This document shows, in pieces, positions 24,608-38,365 of a stretch of DNA of 64,000 nucleotides. Each line of letters starts with the position of its first letter. Position 1 is the first letter of the stretch. This stretch comes from Callorhinchus milii (lineage: Eukaryota): the NCBI RefSeq assembly GCF_018977255.1, contig NW_024704754.1:13950001-14014000 (forward strand), in the 5' to 3' direction. The notes under the pieces were generated by a model. The model was given only the letters and a program-made list of their open reading frames with translations. It was not told the origin of the DNA and ran no database searches. The position numbers and the translations under genes were made by a program.

Positions 24608-24676
24608 GATAATAAATTTGTGTATGGATCCCTATACACTATTCATGTATAGAGACCCATACACAAATTTATGATC
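24608..24676. repeat. 26-bp near-perfect inverted repeat (hairpin) in intron 3
   Basis: Arms 24612-24637 and 24647-24672 with 2 mismatches and a 9-nt loop. Confidence 0.9.
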
Positions 24677-26777
24677 AGTCCCACAGATAAATGTTCTGCT
24701 GCAGTAGACTGGATAAAAGTAAGAAAAATGTTGCATGCTACATCTGATGCTGCTTGTTCATTTCAGGCTGGTTCATTGCAGGGTTATGTTGGCAATGCAA
24801 ACCCTTAATGAAAAGAGTTTCCTGGTAGCAAACTTACCCCAAACGATTTTTGGCATCTGATCTCCCGTTGCCTTCACAATAAATCATGAAGCAAGATGAC
24901 ACACGTGGAACAATAAACCAGAATCCGACAAGGTTTCTGAATGTGAAGACTATGGCTGCTCTAAAGAGCTACACTTTGTGTCTGCTCTGGCAATGGAATA
25001 TAAAGCAAGAATGAAATAAATAAGACCACCTGAAGGGAAAGCAAAGAGCTCAGCCCATGGTAGAGCATGATTTGGTGGTTGGGTAGTCAACTAACTTCTC
25101 CAAAACATCAGGGAAGAACTACCAAGGATGAAGAAATATGTGATACAAAATTTCAAAATGAAATAAATAAAATATTTTACACAAAGTTTAAAAGATGTCT
25201 GGAGCAAGTTATTAGGAAGCCCAGTGAAGCAAACACACTAAAAAGGATTCGAAAGGTGTTTGCTGAGAGAGGAGGGATTGAGGGATTTGGTCAGATGATA
25301 GAAAAGTGGGATTAAAACCTACCAAAAGGAAAAGCTCTGTAGTTTCCAATTACATTTCTCTTGTTACTAGTGGCACCAAAGTTTGTGGAACAATGCCATC
25401 CTAACTCACCAGGGAACAGGGTGATAAGAAGTGGGTTTGTGCTAGTAGTACACCCAATGAGTGCCCAGCTGTGGTATCATGTGGTGGCTGTCAGACATCT
25501 AAATTCCTCTCTGGGATTTCTGAGCCAATGGGTCAAAGCTGGCGAAGAAGATACCTGCTGCCCTCTAGTTTTGGGTCAAATGTATAGATAAGAGACAAGA
25601 AAAGGGGAAGAGAAAATAAAATGACCTAAAATGGGATGCAAAAGTGTTTTTATAGGGTGGTTGACTATGCGATCAAATAATTCCATGATTTTACCTCTCC
25701 ATAAACCAGTGAAAATAATCTATTGCTATTTATCCTGTCATTACCTTTAAAAGGCTAACGTGACCACATCCACCCCCCTCTCCTGAGCCGTAAATGAAAC
25801 CTCTCATCCCTAGTAATGTCTGTGGTCAAGCAGGTTTACGTGGACTGTGTAGAAAGAGGGCTTAATGTACCCGATGGCCTTTCCTCAATCCATGTGCCTT
25901 CTTATGTCTTTAGGTCACCTCCACCTTTCAACACTCTTTGATTGACTGTGCAAACAATGTGTCGCCCACACCATCGATTCCTGCAGAACACAAACCATTT
26001 ATCGCACGGAGGCATTAGCTCATCCCATTCTGTACTTTCAATACTGTCCCCAATCAACTCTTTCTGAGGCATTCCTATTTTCATAGAATAGAATTGTAGA
26101 ATTTTACAGCATGGTGCAGGCCATTCAACCAACCATTGTTTCTTCCGACTCTTTGAAAGAATTCATCATTCAATCTACTCCTCCATTCTTTACTCACACC
26201 ATTTAATTAGGTCAAAATTCCTTAATGAATAGCACTAGTATCAATTAAGATGTACCACACAATTTGGACAGTAAGTGAGAATGGTGATTTTTAAATAACG
26301 TTGATAATTCCTGTGAGAAGTAAGCATTTATTTTTTTAGGATACAGTACCTGTGTGCAACCTATGAAAGCAATAACAAAGCACATATTCCCTATTGAACA
26401 TCATAGCGCTGACCAGGAACAGTTATGCCTTTGATGAGTTATAGCTACATACTCAATTAGTCTGTGAACTTTCCAGAAATTAACACTCACAAACTGCAGG
26501 TTTCTAACGTTAACATAACGTTTTAAGATGTACCTCTTTGACCAAGATGTCATCTTTCCCCTCCCTACCTCTCGGCTCCCACCTCCAGCTTAGGTGCCCA
26601 TCCAGCATTGCCAAGTGCTTTGAGAGATCCTCCTGACATGAAAGTAAATTGTATTGTATTGACATTTTGGCTTCAGAAAAAGAAATGATGTCCATGTAAA
26701 CAGAATTTCAACCTTCAAATGTCTGGACAACTAACACATTGATGTGCTTTCTTTGGCGCCTATTTTTCTGCTTGCAG

Positions 26778-27056
26778 ATGCTCCAAAAAATACAATGGTT
26801 TTAGTGAATGGAACGCAGGAAGAAATCAAAGAAGGGAATTGTGTGACCCTGGCTTGTGCGAGTAACAGTCACCCTGAATCCAATTACACCTGGTACAAGA
26901 AAGATAGAATCACGGAGAACACAGAGATCTTAGATACCACAAGCAACGTCATGTTGTTCCATAAGATATCCAGGTTAGATTCCGGGTTCTACAGCTGCTT
27001 GGCAGCGAATTATCTGGGAAGCAACATCGCCACAGAAGTAGAAGTCGACGTTCAAT
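26778..27056 (+). CDS. Siglec-like gene 1, Ig domain 3 exon (C2-type)
   Basis: Acceptor tttctgcttgcag|, donor T|gtgagt, 279 nt, phase 1-1. (Y)APKNT...EGNCVTLAC.SNSHPESNYTWYK...DSGFYSCLAANYLG. Confidence 0.92.
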
Positions 27057-27491
27057 GTGAGTATTTGGCTTCCAATGTTACCAGTGAAGACATTCTGTAT
27101 TTTAAGGTTAATAAAAGGCACTTATAACGTATTACTCCACACAGCATGCACAGCCAAGAAATGGGCTATGCTTGCATGTAGACAGTTTCTGAATATGTAG
27201 GAATTAGGAGAAGATGAAAAAAATGAGAAATGTTCACACCGGAGAAGAGAAGGCTCAGAGGAGATGTTATTGAAGTATTCAAGATCCTAAAGGATTTAGA
27301 TAATAAACCTGGAGGAGTGGAGGTTCATGTGGAGTATAAACACCAGCATGGACTACCTGGGGTGGATGGCTTATTTCCATTCTGTACACTGATCTATGTA
27401 ATTTAATGCAATATGTTTGCCTTATTAACAAAAGTGGACTTGACATCAGAAAAAGAAACACAATTCAGATTGAATTATTTTACATAAAGTG

Positions 27492-27876
27492 AATAATAAT
27501 ATACTAATAATAATCTTACCATTTGATATAGCGGCTTATCGCATCGTCGAGACGTCTCAAAGTGTTTCACAGAATATACTGTAAAGTGAATTGACTGTAT
27601 ATTTTGTGGGCAAAATGCAGCAGCCAATTCCGCACAGCAGTATCCCACAAACATCTGTGGATTGAGTGACCAAATTATTATTGTTTTTTAAGGGATTATT
27701 ACCCCCGGAAAGCAATCTGCCAATCAACTAACAATCGTGTACCTACTTACTGCTAGGTAAACAGAAGCGTGTGGAGCAAGAAAACTTAGCCTAAGATTTT
27801 GCCTTACCCGGGAATTGAACCTGGGTCCTCTCGCCTGCGAGGCAAGTGCTCTAACCAATATGCTACAGGACTCTAC
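27492..27876 (-). mobile_element. tRNA-Ala(CGC)-headed SINE, older subfamily (intron 4)
   Basis: Reverse complement shows the tRNA head with a CGC anticodon, the Deu-like core and the tail. Confidence 0.82.
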
Positions 27877-28054
27877 AGGTGCTAGTTTGCAGCACATAGG
27901 ATGTTGGTCTGGTAACATGGAGTGGGACATGAAAATGATCCCAATGATTCTCAATTAACATTTAGGCAGAAGGAGGCCATCTGGCCCATTACACTCTGAG
28001 ACTCCACCTGGCGTGGAAGGCGCTATATAAGTGCAAGTTGTTGTTGTTGTTGTG

Positions 28055-28435
28055 TTGGCTCTTTAAAACAGCTACCCAACTAGTCCTACTCCAGTTCTTA
28101 CTCCAGAGCGCTGCAATTTTTTTCCTTTTTAGGTACCTATCCAATTCCCTTTTGAAAGCTGTTATCAAATTTGCTTCCTTCACCCTTTCAGGCAAGTTCA
28201 TTCCAGATCTTAACAACTCGCTGGGTAAAAAACTTCTCCTTGTTTCCCCTCTGGTTCTTTTGCCAATTATCTTAAATCTGTGTCTTCTGGTTACTGACCC
28301 ACCCACCAGAGGAAACAGTTTTTCCCGATCTACTCTATCAAAACCCCTCATAATTTGGAACACCTCTATTAAATCTATCCTCAACCTTCTCTGCTCTAAG
28401 GAGAATAATCCCAACCTCTCTTGTCTCTCCATATA
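28055..28435 (-). mobile_element. CR1 3' end (intron 4)
   Basis: LGLFSLEQRRLRIDLIEVFQIMRGFDRVDREKLFP...FKRELDRYL. Confidence 0.85.
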
Positions 28436-28666
28436 ACGGATTACATAATAGATTGTGTAGCAACTTGAAGAGGAAATTAGATAATTATTTGACAAAAGAA
28501 ACAATTGAGCATTCTGAAAGTTATAATGCCTGGTTATTTTTATGTTTTGCTTTATTTTGGGGTCAGAAGGACCATAATGCCTTTTCCAGTCCTTTATACT
28601 CCTAAATTCCAAAGGTTACCAGACCTCTGCTGTTGTTTCCTCTGTGAATGGAAAAGCCCAGTTGCA

Positions 28667-28732
28667 TCCCTGATTCTCAACTGACATTTAAGCACCTCAG
28701 GATGATTAAATGTCAGTTGAGAATCACAGGGA
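28667..28732. repeat. Perfect 21-bp inverted repeat (hairpin)
   Basis: tgattctcaactgacatttaa (28671-28691) and its exact reverse complement (28706-28726), with a 14-nt loop. Confidence 0.9.
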
Positions 28733-28929
28733 TAATTCCTCACCTTCCATTTCATGTCACCATCCCACTACTCTGTGTCCTGCAAGCTAGATTGCTCTCT
28801 GTTGATACACAACTGCCATAGCACTATACAAAGCATTGCTCTGTTGCAATCTGATGTGCATGTTCTCCCACACAATATAGTTCATCCCCTTGACAGTATA
28901 TCTATCTACACTTCTGCAAACATTTTTTG

Positions 28930-30540
28930 CTCCCGCCCCCACCAGGTCACCTGCTGCGCATTCCAAGTCTCCATCCTTGGCCCCTCCTACTCCTCATTTA
29001 CATGCTTCCTCTCAGTGATGTAATCCGCAGACATCAGTCAATTCCATCTGTATACAGATGACACCCAAATCTACTTCTCTTCCTCCAGCCGTAACCCCAG
29101 GTCCACCAATGTTGGGTCCTTTTGCTTGTCAGACATCAAGGTCTGGATAAGCATCACATTTCTGCAGCTGAATGTTGACAAGATCAAAGCCATCCTTCTT
29201 GGCTCCTGTCAATGTCTTCTCATCTGTGACTCCAGCCTCCTGAACCTCCCCTGCCTATCCCTTAGACTCACTGAACCTATGCGCAACCCAGTGTCAGGTT
29301 CAATCCTCAGCTTTCCTTCCTTCTCCACATCCGATCCCTGACTAAGACTGTATTCCTCCACCTCAGTCACATTGCCCACCTCCAACTGTATACCTCACAC
29401 CCAATGCAGCCAAAGCCCTTCTCCATGTATTGTGGGGATTTTGAAGTCGATCCGTTTGGGGATGGGGAGCCAATAGAACCTGGCCAGAAAATGGTGAGAT
29501 GTGGGTACGGAGTTTGGTCCGGGTCAGTATGCGGGTGGCAGAGTTCTGAATGAGCTGGATCTTGTGAATGGTGGAGCTGGAGAGACCGGCGAGGAGTGCA
29601 TTGGAGTAATCCAAGCGGGAGGTGACAAACCCATGCACAAGAGTTTCGGCTGCATTTGGGGTAAGGTACGGTCGGAGGCAGGCAATGTGGCCGAGGTGGA
29701 AGAAGGCAGTCCTAATCAGGGACCGGTTGTGGGGGAGAAAGGACAGCTAGGGGTTGAACCAGATGCCTAGGTTGCGCACTGGTTTGGTGAGTCTGAGGGA
29801 GAGCCCAGGGAGTTGAGGAGTTTAGATCCGCAGGAGCAAAGACGTAAGGAATATGGCTTTCGTCTAGTCCATATTCAGCTGCAGAAAGTTTACGCTCATC
29901 CAGGCCTTGAGGTCTGCCAGACAAGCTGATAGAACATTGGTGGGCATGGAGTTGGTACTAGAGGAGGCAAAGTAGATTTGTGTGTCATCGCACACACGTG
30001 GAAGTTTACCCATGTCTGCGGATGACATCACCAAGAGGGAGCATATAGATGAGGAAAAGAAGGGGGCCAAGAATGGATCCCTGGGATACCCCCAAGTGAC
30101 CGGGAGGGGGACGGGAGGAGAAACCATTTGTTGAGATGAAATGGAGGCGGTTGATTAAGGAGGACTTGAATCGTGTGAGTGTGATCCCACTAAGGTAGAT
30201 GATGGAAGAGAGTCGATGGAGGAGGATGGCATGGTTGACTGTGTCGAATGTGGCAGAGAAATCCAGGAGGACGAGGAGGCAGAGGGAGCCCTGGTCACAG
30301 ATAGAGAGAATACCATTTGTGACTTTGACAAGCGCTGTCTCTGTGCTGTGGGCAGTCGGGGCGAAAACCAGACTGCAGGGGCTCGAGGAGGGAGTGGAGG
30401 GAGAGGTGTGACCGAAGTTGACCTGCAACAATGCATTCCAAGATTTTGGCAAGGAAGGGTAGGTTGGAGATGGGATGGTAGTGGGAGACCTTTTCACAAA
30501 CCTTTCTCTACAACCAAATGAATTGATTTTCACAATGGTA
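28930..30540. mobile_element. Two L2 RT fragments tail-to-tail (+28930-29425, -29430-30540)
   Basis: [11 protein letters not shown]...LLDFSATFDTVNH...GVSQGSILGPLLFLIYMLPLG on the minus strand, and a diverged + copy of the overlapping region. Confidence 0.8.
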
Positions 30541-33500
30541 ACCAACAGCAAAACCTATCTTTAAATTGGAATGAGATCACTGTGATTATTGCAGAAAATA
30601 AATACTCGGGCTATAGCAGTACAAATTGCAGTGTGCGAGAAAGTGGTCTGAAACGCTGTACACTGTCCAACGCCTTGGGACATCCTCAAGACGTGAAAAG
30701 CACTATACAAATGTAATCTTGTTATCGTTGTTGTTACCTACACCAAATTTCCAGCAGTAACAGCCAGGAACAGTAAATAATTGATTAGAAATGAGGAGTA
30801 TTAATATTCACAAGGGGCAGTTGTGGTTTCAGTTGAAGTTGAAGCCTGTGGGTGCAAAGAAGACAGAGTGGTAAACTGTTATCGTTTGTCAGCGGTACTA
30901 CCCTGTGAATTTGATACCCATGTGACATGTATACTTGGGTTAATATGCCAATCAATTGGGTCACATTCATCATATATTCCTCTCTGCTTTAGGTAGTCAT
31001 TTCAGAAAGATTGTGTTTTTACTAGTTGAACAAATGGCTCTGCCTAAAGTCTGTGCAGTTTAATACCAGACCGGTTTTATAGCGGAATCCTGCTAACCAC
31101 AGGCCTGGAACACAACTTGCGCAATTATGCACTGAAGTTGTCCTGTTGTCAGTGAGCCCTGAAACATGTTCACACACAATTTGTCTTTCCCATCGGTAAC
31201 ATACTATATTTATATTTCTACTCAATATGCATACAATGAATAGATTGAGTTGGACCGTGCAGAAATTACAGGAACATATTAGCTGTATCCTTTGGTAAGA
31301 AAGGTTTCTTTCTCTTGCTGTCATTACAAGTTGCAGCTTCACATTTTGTTTTAAATTACCACTCTTATCAGTTTATATATTGATCACAGAAAGCCCTGCT
31401 CTATTGCTGACGGCCACTTATTAGTAACAACATCAGTATGATGCTTCAGGTATTTTTCGTCAGTTTAGCTAGCAGTAAGTAGGAACCCGGTTGTTAGTCG
31501 ATTGGTAGGTCGCTTTCTGGGGGGTAATCCTTCCCCCCAAAATAATTATTATTTTGTCAATCACTCTATGACTGTTTGTGGGATACTGCTGTGTGCAATT
31601 GACTGCTACGTTTCATCCCACAATACAGTCACTCCACTTTACAGTATATTTTGTGAAGCGCTTTGAGATGTATCGAAGACATAAGGCCTATATCAAATGC
31701 AAAGATTATTATTCATAAAATCCAATTCAAAACTGCGCTACTCATATCCTCACCTGGACAGAATTCCATAACCCCATCACCCCAGTAATGCCCGACTCCA
31801 CTGGCTCCCTACTGCAGAACGGATCAATTTCAAGATCTTCACATTCACATGAAATCACTTCATGCCCTGGTACCCCCTACCTCTCCAACTTGCTTACACC
31901 CCAATTTATGCTTAGCAATGACCCACAAACAGCCATGGAGTGAATGACCAATTTTACTGGGAGAATTGTTGGCCAGGACACCAAGAGAAACTCTTCTCTT
32001 TTCGAATGGTGCTGTGGGATCTTTAATGTCCGCCTGAACAAGCAGATGTGACCTTGATTTATCATCTCATCTGAAGGGAAGCACCTCATACAGTGTAGAA
32101 CATTGTAGTGTCAACTTGGCTATGTCAGTTTAAAGTCCCGAAGTGGGGATTGAACCCACAACCTTCCAACCCACAGAGCCAGACACAATGTTTAGCCCCA
32201 GTATCTTTGCCCCTCTATGTTCTGCCATTGAGCCAGGGTGGCTGGTCTGTCATCAACGGTGCTCTGAAGTCCTTCAAGAAGCAGACTAGTAAGCCCACCA
32301 CAGAGGGTTGACTTGATTCCAACATTCAGTTGCATGTCATCTTTGACATCTTTCAGCTCCAAATGCCCTGTTTACTTTCCCCCCGACCCCACCTCCCCAG
32401 AGGAGACTCATCATTTGGTCATTTATAAAGATATTTGAGATTTGTGCCCTCACGAGGTGGATAGCAGATATACTGCGACTTCCTGCAAGTTGTTAGACAC
32501 AGGAATTTATAAACTTCTTCATTCACATATAAAGTTCTTCTGTAAACTATACACTTACTACCATGCATCTGTAACCGTTGCCTGACCATTACAAAATTCT
32601 TTGCATAATTCCTGCAGTGAATTGTAATTTCAGCTTTTAATAGTAGACCATTTATTTCTACAAAAACACTGGACTTCAAGTCAGTGGGATTTGTTTCCAT
32701 TGCCTATCGTTTCAGCTAATTTCTATTTTTATTCATTTGAACTTGCACCAAACCATAAAGATGAAAACAGGAATGAGAAGCTCAGACTATATTTCTTCCC
32801 TTGGTGAATATCTAGACCACTTATGTCAGCTGGTTATATGACTGATTTTATCCACTTCCCAACTGAAGTTACTGGATAGTAATCTAGATCTATTATTATA
32901 CATAAAAATAATCCTTGCATGTGATACAGTGCAATGTTGAAATGTCTCAAAGCACTTCATAGGATATAATGTAAAGTGATGTGACTGTGGATTTTCTATC
33001 TTCTTCGCCTCTCCACCTCCCCACCTACCCCAGTGACGGTCAAGCCATTCATCCTGAATGAATTAATTTAGAAATCAGAATGATTTGGGGGAAAATAGAA
33101 GAAAATTCTTCCCACAGAGGGTGGTTGGAATGTGGAATTTGTTGTTGAGGCAGAGTCCATAGATTCTTTCAAAAGAGAATTAGATAGATGCTTGAAGAGG
33201 AGGAATATTAAAAGGGCAAGGGTACGATTCTATGATTTCCCTAAAAATACTGAAGTTGCAATTGAAAGAGAAAGAGGTTTTAAGCATAAGCACTCAGCCA
33301 TTTACCTTCACTCTGAAGATTAACTGCAACTTCACAAGTAGGAAAGATCAGAGAGAAGCGCTGGTAACACCCTGTGAAGTTACTAAGATCAGGAAGATTA
33401 AGAGAAGGGAGTTCCACTTAGTGTCGTGGCCAAAATCCCCCAGAAAAAAACTCACTCATTCATGGCTGTTTGTAGCACACTACTGTCTGCAAATTGGCCT

Positions 33501-35908
33501 TTGTGTTTGCGCATAAAATAAACAGTTACTCCACTTTACAGTGTATCCTGTGAAACACTTTGAGGCATCTTAATCTGATAACAACAACAACTTGCATTTA
33601 TACAGTCTCCCTCACGCAGGGTAGCGTCCCAGAGCGCTTGACAAAGACGGAGCACAATGCCGAACCAGGGGAGGGGGCAGGTGACCATAGCCACGGTCAA
33701 AGAGGAAGCAGGCGACCTGAAGATGGGGAAGGAGGGGGCAAACCAGAGAGATGGAGATGAGGCACTATGTATCAAATGAAAAGATTGTTATTACTATATT
33801 ATTAAGATAGATTTATATTAAAAAAAATAAAAACTTTTCGTATTGCACCTTTCATGTTGGGTTTACTGTGAAGTGGAGTGACTGTATTTTCTGTGCAAGC
33901 ACAGCAGCCAATTTGCACACAACAGTGTCCCATAAAGAGTGGAGTGTCACACTATGTGAGTTCAAAACGTGTGGCTTCTGACTGAAGAGGCGAGAGTGAG
34001 CTAGTCTGATACACACAGCCTGTGATATTGGTAAAATTTCACATAATTGTCACATGGAATCTGTTATGAATTGTTGCTTATTTCCATCCTTTTCCAAAGA
34101 ATGGGTGTGGAACTGAACTCTGTGCTTCCCCCGACTGTAACACGATGGTTGTCTGAGGATCGCTTTGCTGCCTAAACTCAGTCAGGTTCCTATGAATCAG
34201 ACAAGAGACTCCAGCATGGAAAAACAGTGTCCAATGCAGTTTGGGAATGCACTGCATTATTAAAGGTGCCGTCCTTCGGATGAGACATTAAACCAAATTC
34301 CCATCTGCCTCGTTAGGTGACCGGTGAAGATCCCATGGCACTGTTCAAAAAGAAAAGGGAGTTCTCCCAGCGTCCAGGCAACAATCCCCCAAATAAAAGA
34401 AAATGGTCACTTGTTTCATAGCTATTTGTGGAACATTGCTTTGTGCAAATTGGCTGCTGTGTTCCCCTACAAATACAGTCATTACACTTCACAATAAAAT
34501 CACGTGAAGTGCTTTGAGATATCTCAACATAATAAAGCACTTTGTCAAATGCAAGGATTATGTTTTATTAATAATAATAATGAAGCCGCTCTGCTCATTC
34601 AGTGGGATATGCGTGCCCAGGAATGCCAATCAGAATGGTATCTTCAGGGGCCTGTGAGAGTGAAGGTGGACAGATAGAGTATTATATGCTCATGCGAAGA
34701 GAATATGTACCAGGATTGGCAATCAGAGAGGCATGCCATGGAGAATCTGATTCACTCTATCTGAAGCCTCCTCAGGGAGAAAGGCAGTACCTTCTGTAGA
34801 CTAAATAAAGAGTTGAACATTCTTTGTTGATAATAATAGTCCTTGCATTTGATATAGCGCCTCATCATGTCCTTGAGACATCTCAAAGCGCTTCACAGAA
34901 TATATTCTAAAGTAGACTGACTGTGTTTTTTGTGATGCTGTCTGGCATAAGAGGTGCTATACAAGTTGTTGTTGTTGTTGTCAAAATGTGGTCTGTTTAT
35001 AACAAGAAATCCTGCAAAGAAACCAGCAAAGAAAATCCAGTTATTTTTTAGTGATCAGAACATGATTAACCCCAATATCAAGCCTCCTCCACACCCAAAT
35101 CACTCCTCAAAAAAACAGATTGGTACCTTCAGGAGACAGCTCTGGAGATGCTTCATCCCAATTTGACAATAAGGTGATAAATCAGACCTCCTTAACCTGA
35201 GGCTAATGGGATCCTGCCTGCTCTTTGGACCATAATATCACTGTTATAGATTACCAAAACAACATAACAATTCTTGCATTTGATATAGCGCCTTATTATG
35301 TCATTGAGACGTTTGAAAGTGTTCACAAGATATACTGTAAAGGATGTAACTGTGCAAACGTGCCCACAAATGTGACTGATGCCTTGTGGCTGTTTGTGGA
35401 CAGCTTTGTGTTGCTATAGCTGATACTTGCAAGGTGCTGGGTACTGCAAATCTGCAAGTTGTTCTATTCTATAAGCTAGTTCTCTTCAACCTTAACAAGA
35501 AATGTCACATGGGGGATGTTCTAGATACACCATGTGTCAGCCTTAGTTGGTAGCACTGTTGCTTCTGGGCTAGAAGACTGTGTTCAAGCTCCACGTCAGG
35601 ACTTTGAGCCCCTAGTCCAGACTGACATCTTGTGCAACACAGTGGGTGGCTAGGGCTAGAAGGGGCTCAGCTCCCCTCTTCCCCCCCCCACCCCGTCCCA
35701 GCCAAAAAATCTATCGACAGTCACTTATTGAAGGGGAGCTGGGAGAGGAAAGCCCTTAACCCTGAGGAGGACCACAGCCAGTTCTCTGAGCAGCCCCAAC
35801 CAGTGCACTCATGGGTCCTCTTTCCCCTCTCCCTAGTAATCGACAGTGCCCACCTACGTCTGGCTGCTCATCAAATATCAAATGCAATGTTTATCATTAT
35901 ATAGAAAT

Positions 35909-36260
35909 GTGGAGTCCTGCAGCTCAGTGGTTAGAGCATTCGCCTCGCAAGCGAGAGAGCTGGGTTTGATTCCCTGCACGGCAAAATGTTGGGCAAGTTT
36001 CCTTACTCTTTCCTTATGCCTCTGTTAACCTAGCAGAAAGTAGGAACCCGGTTGTTAGTGGATTGGCGGATTGCTTTTCCGGGGTTAATAAGTCCTTCAA
36101 AAAAATATAATAAATTGGTCACTTAATCCATGACTGTTTGTGGGACACTGCTGTACGCAACTGGCTGCCGTGTTTCATCCACGAAACATACAGTCAATTC
36201 ACTTTAGAATATATTCTGTGAAAGACACTATATCAAATGCAAGTATTATTATTATTATAT
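35909..36260 (+). mobile_element. tRNA-Ala(CGC)-headed SINE (intron 4)
   Basis: gtggagtcctgcagctcagtggttagagcattcgcctcgcaagcgag head, followed by core and tail. Confidence 0.82.
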
Positions 36261-36645
36261 TAGAAGACAAAGGATGTAAATCCAGAATACATTCAGATAT
36301 GCTAAGGCAGCAGGACAAGGTTCAGGATACCAGGAAATATTTTTTCACGCAGAGAAATCAACAGTGGTAACTAAGAAGGGAAGTAGAGGCCATAACAGTG
36401 ATTCTTTTAAGAAAGGGCTTGATACTGCAATGGTATGGAGAGAAAGATGAGATCAAATAAGCTGAAGAGCCTGCTTCATCCAAATCTTTTCTAATAACAT
36501 GAAACAAAAGAATTCTAGCTGCAGATATTGTTAAAATATACAATTATATCTGTATAGCGCCTTTCACATCGAGAGGACATCCTAAGGCGCTGGTACAAGT
36601 ATTATTTCTGAAGCTGTAGTAACCAAATTTAATTTGCTTTTGTAG

Positions 36646-36900
36646 ACAAACCCGATAAGGTCACCATCACCCAAGACTTGATGTATACGTGTGTGGCTGA
36701 GGCCAGCCCTCCTGCGAAGATCACATGGAAGATCAGTGACCCCAGTATAAATCTCACTAATCCTGCGGTCAGTATAATGCAGGACGTCAATGGCACTCAT
36801 TCAAGTAGCACACTCAATCTGGATACAACGGCCAACTTTTGTGTATCCTGCCTTGCTCAGAACAAACATGGGGTCACAGTCTCAGAGAAATGTCCACCAG
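36646..36900 (+). CDS. Siglec-like gene 1, membrane-proximal Ig domain 4 exon
   Basis: Acceptor ttgcttttgtag|, donor G|gtaagt, 255 nt, phase 1-1. (Y)KPDKV...YTCVAEASPPAKITW...SSSTLNL...VSCLAQNKHG...KCPP resembles the short proximal domain of MAG and CD33-related Siglecs. Confidence 0.88.
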
Positions 36901-38009
36901 GTAAGTGTAAATGATATTCTTCCAGTTACTAAAGAGTTACCTACAGCTAGAATTATTTTTTTCAATTGATGATTGTCACCAGGTTCAGGGAATTTCTGTT
37001 TCCAGGTTTTTATACAGTTTTTATAAACAAACCCAAGTTTTAGCTATGCAACAAACATTAATATTATATTAATAAAGCTGCTTAGATACCCAAGGACCCA
37101 AATTTTACCTAATCTAAGCCTTCGGACAATTTTTTCTTATTGAAAATTTGAGTTTGTGCAGAGATCTGAACGTATTTTAAAATTCAGCAACAACAACAAC
37201 AAATTGCATTTGTGCAGTGCCTTCCACATCAGGAGGATATTCTGAGGCGCTGGACAGTCAGGGATCTGAATTCAGTCTTAATTCGGAATTTGGTTCTTTT
37301 TAAGGACCGTGGAAAACCGACTTTCAAATTAATACTGAATTTACGAATGTTCCACAATTTTCCACTGTCTTAAAATTTAAGTCAAATGATCTACAGGCTA
37401 AAACTAGGTAGAATTTCATGTCTCTGCGTCTCAAATTCCTCAATAAGGCCTTAGCCTTGAAAGACTATTGTCTTAAGATTTAAGATAATTTAGAACTTTG
37501 TTAAATTTAGTGTGAATTTTGAAGCCAGTTTTCTAAATTCTGCTAAATTAAGACTGAATTGAAAAATTTTACAACAATCTTAAATTTAAATCATTGACCT
37601 TAAGCATAAGACCAGGAGAAATTTCAAGTGTCTGGAGTAGTTTTGTTATTGCAATATTAACAAAATATAACGGACATTTAAACAATTTTAAGTAGAATTT
37701 GGGTGGTTTAAATAATCTACTTCTATTTAATTCCGTATTTCCTCTCTTTGTAGAGTTATTTTGATTTAAATTGTTCTTTCTAACACAAGTTCTTTCTAAC
37801 TGATAATCCCTATTCTAATGTTCTATAACTTTCTAGTTATAACTATAAAGTTTATAACTTTATAGCACTGATGAGAATGGGGGACTAGGAATTTCATGTA
37901 GAAAGTTTCTCCCACCGCTGGATATCCCACTTCAGTCTGTTGCTCAACTTCCCTAGCTCTAGGGAGCAATTAATGCTGCTGGACCTCTTGCAAACCACTT
38001 TCCTCATGG

Positions 38010-38240
38010 TGAGACCTGGGTTCGATTCCTGGCAGGGCGAAACCTTGGGCAAGTTTCCTTACTCCACACACCTAATAATAATCCCTCAAAAAAAAAAATA
38101 ATAAATTGGTCACTTCAATCCACGACTGTTTGTGGGACACTGCTGTGCACAATTGGCTGCTGCGTTTCGCCCACATAATATGCAGTCAATTCACTTTACA
38201 GTATATTCAGTGAAGTGCTTTGAGACGTCCAGAAAACGAT
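38010..38240 (+). mobile_element. 5'-truncated SINE of the same family (intron 5)
   Basis: Starts at the T-arm gagacctgggttcgattcc and continues through the core and part of the tail. Confidence 0.78.
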
Positions 38241-38365
38241 AAGGTCACCACTGATATCACTTCCTGCGTGCGGCACATGAGCAGAAAGTGTTGCTGATGT
38301 CACTTTGGGATGGAATAGAGCACATCCACATTACCCAGGAAGTGACATTATTGTCACCCCCACAG

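Noticed and set aside
29425-29435. Twin-priming inversion at the L2 +/- junction
   Set aside because: The two halves cover overlapping RT regions and are diverged from each other, so they are independent copies.
32419-32700. Minus-strand ORF with an Ig-like ITIHC motif inside intron 4
   Set aside because: No properly spaced Trp or D-x-G-x-Y-x-C motif, and no splice sites framing a domain.
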